A stretch of 32,000 bases of DNA, taken from positions 1,620,001 through 1,652,000 of the forward strand of contig LT962688.1 of assembly GCA_900234795.1 (NCBI GenBank), in the 5' to 3' direction. Below the pieces are notes generated by a model, which saw only the letters and a program-made list of their open reading frames with translations, made no database searches and had not been told where the DNA came from. Below, piece after piece: positions 26,443 through 32,000 of this stretch; the first letter of the stretch is position 1; each line of letters opens with the position of its first letter. Source of the stretch: Methylorubrum extorquens (lineage in GTDB: Bacteria; Pseudomonadota; Alphaproteobacteria; Rhizobiales; Beijerinckiaceae). Made by a program: the position numbers and the translations under genes.

Positions 26443-26524
26443 GGCGGAGTGCCGGCTGAAGCGACGCCGCCATGCCGTCTTGCAGCGATACGCTCGATGC
26501 GAAGCGCGTCTTGCCTGACGCGGC

Positions 26525-26803
26525 TCACGTCCAGTCGAAGCGCAGCGTCTCGCGGAAGGCGAAGCGCTCGATGTGGCGCACGACCACGTCGCGCAGGTCG
26601 GGCAGGCTGGCGGCGTCCTGTGCGGTCAGGTCGATCGTCAGGGTCTCGGCGCTGGCACTCAGCCGCGTCTCACCGAGCGGCAGGGCAATCCGGGCATCGG
26701 TCGGGCTGAACTCGGTCTCGAACCGGTGGGCCCAGTGTTTGCAGAGCTGCTGGAGGTAGCGGCTGGCATGCGGGGTGCCGACGACGGCACGGCTCTCGGT
26801 CAT
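26525..26803 (-). CDS. DUF2218 domain-containing protein (last gene of the metallophore operon)
   Basis: MTESRAVVGTPHASRYLQQLCKHWAHRFETEF...VVVRHIERFAFRETLRFDW matches the DUF2218 pattern (ASRYL.QLCKH.AH). AGGAG lies upstream of the ATG at 26803. The gap to the AsbF-like gene is only 28 nt. Confidence 0.75.
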   Translation of the reverse strand: MTESRAVVGTPHASRYLQQLCKHWAHRFETEFSPTDARIALPLGETRLSASAETLTIDLTAQDAASLPDLRDVVVRHIERFAFRETLRFDWT

Positions 26804-26831
26804 GTCGGTCTCCTGAAGTTCCGGCGCCGGC

Positions 26832-27668
26832 TCAGCGCGCGGCGTGGAGGGCTCCCGCCCCGCGGCGGCCGGCAGTGGCACTGCGCAGGCGGAAAAGGTC
26901 GGTGGGCAGGACCGAGAAGCTGGCCTCGCCGAACCATTCGAGCGAGCCTTCCGCCTGCGGCGGCAGCGTCTTCAGGAAAGCGGCGTAATCCAGCGCGCCC
27001 TCGAACAGGCCGGTCATGCCCTCGCGCCGTCCGGCCGCGGCATAGACGTTGGCCGGCTCGAACACCGACAGGTCGGCGCGGCTGCGCACGTTCTTGAGGT
27101 GATAGTAGTCGATATGCGGGGAGAGCCGGGCGTGGGCCGCGAGCGGGTCGTCGCCGCCTTCCCAGACGTGGAGCGTGTCGAAATTGACCCGGAGGTTCGG
27201 GTGATCGACCGCATCCAGCAGGTCGAGGAGCGAGGCGGTGGTGTCGGCGAGCGTGCCGGGATGCGTCTCCACCACGAGGCGCAGGCCCTGGTCGGCGAGT
27301 TGGCCCGCCGCCATCCGCAGGCGCTGGGCGACATGGGCGCGCTCGTCGAGCGAGGCGGCCGCACTGCCCTTGGTCCCGGCGAAGGTGCGCAGCCGCGGCG
27401 CCCCCCAGCTCCCGGCGAGCCGGGCGAGTTCGGCCGTCCGCTCGGTCAGGATTTCCAGCGGCGCGTCGAGCGGCAGGTAGTCGCTCAGCATCGGCACGCG
27501 CAGGCCGTAGGCGGCGAGCCATTCAGCGTGGTCGCCGGGGCCGAGATTGCGGGCATGCACGCCCCACAATTCGATGCCGTCGAAGCCGTGGCCGCGGGCG
27601 AAGCGGGCGAGTTCGCCGATCGACACGAGATGGTGGCGAAAGCTGATGGTGCAGAGTGCGATTCTCAT
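26832..27668 (-). CDS. asbF: AsbF-like 3-dehydroshikimate dehydratase (xylose-isomerase-like TIM barrel)
   Basis: The 278-aa protein is co-linear with my recollection of B. anthracis AsbF. Shared blocks are LCTISFRH, GIELWGVHA.NL, RTFAGTKGSA, ETHPGTLADT, DHPNLRVNFD, HVWE, YYHLKN, FEPANVYAAAGRREGM, LFEG and SLEWFG. Its ATG overlaps the upstream stop (ATGA at 27665-27668). Confidence 0.8.
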   Translation of the reverse strand: MRIALCTISFRHHLVSIGELARFARGHGFDGIELWGVHARNLGPGDHAEWLAAYGLRVPMLSDYLPLDAPLEILTERTAELARLAGSWGAPRLRTFAGTKGSAAASLDERAHVAQRLRMAAGQLADQGLRLVVETHPGTLADTTASLLDLLDAVDHPNLRVNFDTLHVWEGGDDPLAAHARLSPHIDYYHLKNVRSRADLSVFEPANVYAAAGRREGMTGLFEGALDYAAFLKTLPPQAEGSLEWFGEASFSVLPTDLFRLRSATAGRRGAGALHAAR

Positions 27669-28972
27669 GCGGAGAGCCTTTCGCGTGACGGGAGCGCCTG
27701 TCCGAGATCCGGGCTGTTCTGCCGCCACGCCGCGTAGGCCGCGGCGAGCTGCCGCTTGATCGCGAATTCCTGCGCGTCGAGCGCATCGAGCCGCGCGAGG
27801 ACGGAGGCGACCTCCCCCGTCTCCCCCGTCCGGGCGAGCTTGAGGACGGCGTAGTGCAGGGCGGTGAGGCCGTTCACCAGGGCCTCGATCTCGTCGCAGA
27901 TCCGCTGGAACTCCGGGTCCGGCCAGCGCAGGGCCCGCCAGAAGAAGGCGAAGCCGTGCTCGTAGGCCCATTTGCGGATGGTGATGACCGGCAGTTCGCG
28001 CAGCGCCTCGCCGACATCCGTCAGCTTCAGCCCGCCCCGCCCCTCGGCATGGGCGAGCACGATGGCGCGCGCGGCATCGATCAGCGGGTTGGCGTCGAAT
28101 CGGAAGCAGGCGTCGAAGAAGGCGGCGAGATTCGTGTCCGCCGGCGGATGGGCCCGCGAGGGCTCGAAGCGGTAGCCGCCGGCGACGCTGGGCTGGCGGA
28201 TGGCGTTCAGCATCCGCTCGCGCTCGATCACGCCCTCCCAGCGGAAGTCGGGGTCGCGCACTTGCCAGAAGCCGGGATCGTCGCCGAGCGAGACGAGGAG
28301 GTAGTGCGGGAAGGGGTTCTGGTTGAACTTGTTCTCGCGCTCGGGGAGGTGGAACATATCGAGCATCACCATGATGCACGTGTCCGGCTCCCGCCGCTCT
28401 AGGAGGTCGAGCAGGGTGGCGACGTTCTCGTCCTTCGAACGGGAATGGTCGTACCAGGAGACGAGCGGCACGCCGTAGAGCCGTTCGAACCAGTAGCGGA
28501 ACGACTCGTGGTCCATCGCGTCCGAGTGGTAGGCGAGCCGCGAGCCGTCGGTGATGGCGAACTCGGCGTCCCAGATCAGGGCATAGAACGGGCGGTGGTC
28601 GATGCCCCGCATCTTCAGCCCGTCGCAGACGCAGCTGACGAAGCAGTGGATCTTCAGGTCGTAGGACATCGCGCCGTGGACACCCTCGGAGGGCGTCTCG
28701 GACTCGGCGACCGGTGCGGCCGGCTCCGCGCCCGGCGCCAGGAGCCGGGCGAGGTCGGCGACGGTGGAGACGTCCTGCCGGTTGATCGCTTCTTCTGGCA
28801 CCGACACCCCATGCGTCAGTTCCAGCGCCAGGATGAGCTGAAGCAACTGGACGGAATCGAGGTAGAGATCCTCGTTCAGCCGTGCGTCCGGCCCGAACCC
28901 ATCGAGATGGGGATGCTGCATCTCCTCGCGCAGCACCGTGCCGATGGCCGCGATCAGCGTCTCGTTGCTCAC
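27665..28972 (-). CDS. aryl/acyl carrier protein (AsbD-like) continuous in frame with an AsbE/BtrH-like carrier-protein:amine acyltransferase domain
   Basis: The GTG start at 28972 overlaps the TGA of the ligase gene (GTGA). The carrier-protein motif is EDLYLDSVQLLQLILALE, which holds the phosphopantetheinyl Ser. An Ala/Pro/Glu linker follows, then MSYDLKIHCFVSCVCDGLKMRG... from 28669, a 334-aa BtrH_N/AsbE-like domain. No stop codon separates the two parts. The internal ATG at 28669 is an alternative start for a separate AsbE-like protein. Confidence 0.7.
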   Translation of the reverse strand: MSNETLIAAIGTVLREEMQHPHLDGFGPDARLNEDLYLDSVQLLQLILALELTHGVSVPEEAINRQDVSTVADLARLLAPGAEPAAPVAESETPSEGVHGAMSYDLKIHCFVSCVCDGLKMRGIDHRPFYALIWDAEFAITDGSRLAYHSDAMDHESFRYWFERLYGVPLVSWYDHSRSKDENVATLLDLLERREPDTCIMVMLDMFHLPERENKFNQNPFPHYLLVSLGDDPGFWQVRDPDFRWEGVIERERMLNAIRQPSVAGGYRFEPSRAHPPADTNLAAFFDACFRFDANPLIDAARAIVLAHAEGRGGLKLTDVGEALRELPVITIRKWAYEHGFAFFWRALRWPDPEFQRICDEIEALVNGLTALHYAVLKLARTGETGEVASVLARLDALDAQEFAIKRQLAAAYAAWRQNSPDLGQALPSRERLSA

Positions 28973-30235
28973 GCCACCGCCTCCAGCGCGCCGTCCCGGT
29001 ACTGCGCAGCGACCGCGCGACGAGAAATCTTGCCGTTGGCCTCGCGCGGGATCGCGCCGACCTGCACCGCCTCGACCGGCACCTGATGGCCGGCGAGCCA
29101 GCGGCGGCACCAGTCCTGCAGCGCCCGGGGCGGCACGGGAGCGTCGGCGCTGAACAGCAGCGTCACCCGCTCGCCCGCAAACGGATCGGGCCGGGCGAAG
29201 GCCACGGCGTCGGTGATGCCGGGCATGGCCATCACCACGTCCTCGACCTCGCCGGGATAGACGTTGAGGCCCGAGACGTTGATCGTGTCGTCCTTGCGCG
29301 CGACGAAGATCAGCATGCCGTCGGGCGCCAGGTAGCCGAGATCGGCGGTGTGGATCGCCCCGCCCTCCCCCTCGACCACGATTTCCGCCGGGGCCTCGGC
29401 GCCGGTCCCCGCCCGGACGCGGTGGTGCGGCAGCGGCCGGCCCATGGCGTCGGCGCGGCGCAGATCCGGGTTGATCGCGATACAGCCGGCTTCCGAGCAG
29501 CCGTATTGCTGGAACAGGTGGGTGACGCGCCCGCGGATGGCGGAAAACCAGGGTGCGGGCAGGAGCGTGCCCGAGACCATCGCCGCGTGGAGGGTCTCGC
29601 CCTCGGGCATCAGCCGGGCCAGCGTGTGCAGCATGGCGGGTGCGGTGTAGAGCACCGGCCGCTCGATCTCGCGCAGGCGGCGCAGGAGGTATTTCGGGTT
29701 GGTGGTGTCCACGATCACCGGCACGCAGCCGCGGCGCAGACCCACGAACAGGCCGCAGATCAGCCCGTAGGAATGGGTGATCGGGCAGGCGATGACCGGT
29801 GTCATCCCGTCCGGCTCGGTGAAGGCGCCGACATAGCTCTCGATCTCGCGCTCGACCGCGCTCCAGGGGGCGGGCGATGCATTTCGGCTCGCCTGTGGTG
29901 CCGGAACTCATCTGGAAAAGCTCGCCCTCCCCCGGGACCGGCGGGGCGGCGCCGTCCAGGGGCTCGCCCTCCAGGCTGTCGAGGAACAGGCGGTGGCAGC
30001 CGGCGCGCTGGGCGAGCCGGCGCGCGCCCTCGTCTGGCAGGGCCGGATGGATCGGCAGCAGGCTCGCGCCGCTGCGGCGGGCGGCGAGGATGAAGGCAAG
30101 ACCCTGGGCGGTGTCGCGGAAGCGCGCGGCGACGCGCTCGCCGCTGCCGCCGCGCAGGGCCGCCGTATCCGCGACGCGCCGGATGGCGGCCTCCATCGCG
30201 TCCGCTGGGATGGTGCGGCCGTCGATCTCGATCAT
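28969..30235 (-). pseudogene. AsbC-like short aryl-AMP ligase (adenylate-forming enzyme); frame broken once at a G5/C5 run near 29866-29870
   Basis: The N-terminal part is in the frame of the 1435-aa ORF (MIEIDGRTIP...LFQMSSGTTGEPKCIARP). The remainder is in the frame of ORF 28969..29805 (WSAVEREIESYVGAF...ITHSYGL...QQYGCSEAG...HTADLGY...RKDDTINVSGLNVYPGEVE...REANGKISRR). The two join across ctccagggggcggg. No stop lies between this ORF and the upstream IucA/IucC region. Confidence 0.72.
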
Positions 30236-31951
30236 GCAGGCTCCGGAAAGGGCGTCAGGGGAGGAAGGGAACAGGGCGTTGGGCGCCAGCAGGCTGCCGC
30301 CCGCCTCGCCGAGCCCGAGCTTGCGCGACAGCAGCGCCTCGACCCGCAGCCGGGGCGCCTCGGCAGCGAGGCGGGCGAAACGCGCCTCCAGCCCATGCTC
30401 CGCCGCGTGGTGCCGCAGACGCTGGCCGAGGCGGCGCCAGAACCCTGCCTCGTCGAGGCCGTGCCGGCGCTGGAGCAGGCGGGTGATCTCGCAGAGGTTG
30501 AAGACGAACAGGCTGTCGGTGACGAGTTCGGCGAGCGTCGCGGCCGAGCGCATGGCGTGGAAGCGGTCGTCCGCCGGCCCGGCATGGGCCGGGTCGATCG
30601 CCCCGAAATCCGGCACGCGCTCCGGGCTCGTCACGAAGTCGGGCGCGTATTCCGCGCTCTCGTGGAAGTCGCGCAGGATCACCCGATCCGGCCAGCCGTC
30701 GCGGTGGACCAGAATCATGTTCTGGCCGTGCGCCTCCAGGGCGACGCCGTGGCCCGCGAGCAGGTGCCAGACCGGCAGCACCGCGACCGTGACCAAGCGG
30801 TCGAGCCAAGCGTCGCGGCCGTAGCGTTCGAGCCAGGGCGCGATGAAGGGGCTCCCGTCCGCCTCGCACACGGCCAGCGCGTTGAAGGGCACGGCCGCTT
30901 CGCCGGGAACGAGACGCGGGCTCTCCCGCCAGATCGCGGCGAGCTGCCCGGCGAGCGGACCGTCCCGGTCGGCGAGCGCGGCAGCGTATTCGCGCAGCAC
31001 CGTCACGCGGCCCTGCAGCGCGGGATCGGCGGCGACGAGGCCGGCGAGCCAGTCGGACAGGGCCGGGCCGGTCAGCACGAAATGCGGGTCGAGGATGCGC
31101 AGGCTCGAGGTCGAGACGACGGCAAGCGCCAGCTTCACGCTCGCGGCGGACGGGTCGTCGAGATTGTGCAGCGTGCGCAGGGACTGGCTCGCGACATAGC
31201 GCGGGCCGGCGGTGCCGAGCGCGACGGCGCGGCCCTCCGCCAGCCAGGGGGCGCAAAGCCTCCTCTTCGAGCCGGCGCATCTGCCAGGGATGGACCGGCA
31301 GCAGCGTGTGCGTGTCGATGGAATGGCCGGCTGCGGCGAGGCGGCTGGCGAGGACGTCCCCCTCCCCGCCGAGTTCGGCCCGCCAGAACCCATCCTCCGG
31401 GCCCGGCAGCGCGAGGGCGATGGTGTCCCGACGGACAGCCAGCCATTCGAGGCGGAACGGCGCGGCGGCTTCGGGCCCGTAGCGGTGGTGATCCTCCAGA
31501 GAGAAGCCGGTGCGCGCCTTGAAGCTCGGATGGTAGGGATGGCCCTCCCACAAAGCCGCATCGAGCGCGGCGAAGGGCAGCGCGCGGCGCTCCGGCGGCG
31601 ACAGGTTTTGGCTATTCCAGCGGCAGAGTTCGACCGTCTGCCGAAGCTCGGCCCGCAGCCGCGTCCGGTGCTCCGGGGCGGCGGGAAGGGCTTCCACGAG
31701 GGTGGCGAGGTCGGCCTGCACCCAGGCGCCCTCTTCGCCTGCCATCTCGACCGAACCGGAATCGAGGCGGGGGCGGCCGAAGGGGGGCCGAGAGTACCGG
31801 CCGCGCGAAAGCGATGGGAGCCGACGCGCCATGCGATCCGACCGGAGACGTTGGGGGCCGGCTCGCGCTCGGCCAGCCCTTCGAACAGGACGGCTTCGGC
31901 CAACTGGCGCAGGACACGCGCTTCGGGCTGCTCCAAGGTTTCGGGAAGCAT
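30236..31951 (-). pseudogene. IucA/IucC-family NRPS-independent siderophore (NIS) synthetase (AsbA/AsbB-like); two apparent frameshifts at G/C homopolymers
   Basis: The start ATG at 31951 lies 4 nt after the upstream stop. The opening MLPETLEQPEARVLRQLAEAVLFEGL is in frame A down to about 31790. The frame of ORF 30255..31832 then carries PFGRPRLD...WEGHPYHPSFKAR...LLPVHPWQ. Frame A resumes from about 31250 with PWLAEGRAVALG...SLRTL...VKLALAVVSTSSLRIL...LEAHGQNMILV...RDFHES...APNALF. The shifts coincide with G6 at 31782-31787 and G5 at 31247-31251. Confidence 0.75.
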
Positions 31952-31955
31952 GGCC

Positions 31956-32000
31956 TCAGGACGCGAGGGCATGGCCGGCCTCGCCCCGAGCCGCCCGAAG
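31956..32000 (-). CDS. 3' end of a further minus-strand CDS that continues beyond the window (unknown product; by asb synteny possibly a second NIS synthetase)
   Basis: An open frame runs from base 32000 down to a TGA at 31956-31958 (...LRAARGEAGHALAS*), 4 nt before the ATG at 31951. It is too short to identify. Confidence 0.3.
   Translation of the reverse strand, partial: LRAARGEAGHALAS

Noticed and set aside
26832-28379. 515-aa ORF extending the AsbF-like gene upstream
   Set aside because: Only the last 278 codons (from the ATG at 27668) resemble AsbF. The upstream 237 codons overlap the AsbE-like domain out of frame and are nonsense-like.
27665-31972. A single 1435-aa minus-strand ORF that might be read as one giant multidomain protein
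   Set aside because: Large internal stretches (roughly 31790-31250 and 29865-28973) are Arg/Pro/Gly-rich nonsense in this frame. Family-like sequence for those segments sits in other frames (ORFs 30255..31832 and 28969..29805). The long ORF is a high-GC read-through artefact covering at least three real coding units.
1-32000. CRISPR arrays, rRNA genes, intact IS elements or integrases, and obvious phage-defence gene sets
   Set aside because: Reading both strands, I found no regularly spaced direct repeats and no rRNA-like conserved blocks. I also found no DDE or tyrosine-recombinase ORF and no nuclease/helicase/methylase-type accessory cassette.

Overview
This is a clearly high-GC window (GC not computed) that looks like an alphaproteobacterial chromosome. 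The gene content fits a Methylobacterium/Methylorubrum-type Hyphomicrobiales genome, but I could not confirm the taxon without a search. That content includes a mesaconyl-CoA-hydratase-like MaoC protein, the intracellular PHB depolymerase PhaZ, YggT, a UbiK-YbjN-ProC block and an extended S21.

Layout:
- 1-9000: accessory-looking efflux and regulator block. It holds an RND adaptor and pump, a TetR regulator, a frameshifted MATE pump, DoxX, MarR, a small exported protein and an SDR.
- 9000-9980: lower-GC junk segment with a decayed serine-recombinase remnant, ending at tRNA-Ala(CGC).
- 10100-26250: housekeeping and signalling genes. These are yggT, a MaoC hydratase, TauE, a class-II GATase, an orphan receiver, rpsU, phaZ, a GST, a GGDEF cyclase, an OmpR-type two-component pair, ubiK, ybjN, proC, a TetR-like gene, DUF4142 and a GNAT.
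- 26525-32000 (minus strand): the most interesting part. It is an asb-like (petrobactin/rhodopetrobactin-type) aryl-capped, NRPS-independent metallophore operon that runs off the right edge. The order is IucA/IucC synthetase, AsbC-like aryl-AMP ligase, carrier protein, AsbE/BtrH-like transferase, AsbF-like dehydroshikimate dehydratase, DUF2218.

In this sequence the synthetase and ligase share one frame with no stop between them, and so do the carrier protein and transferase. The synthetase-ligase gene also carries three apparent single-base frameshifts at G/C homopolymers. In a methylotroph background such a cluster is a candidate lanthanide-chelator (lanthanophore) locus as well as an iron siderophore locus.

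Other structure not explained by genes:
- a 73-nt palindromic repeat present twice, each copy just 3' of a gene;
- a 130-nt nested perfect inverted repeat just downstream of the metallophore operon;
- a run of three AGGGC/GCCCT mini-palindromes;
- candidate MarR operators.

I saw no CRISPR array, no rRNA and no intact transposase. Many long ORFs in the track are antisense or out-of-frame GC artefacts.
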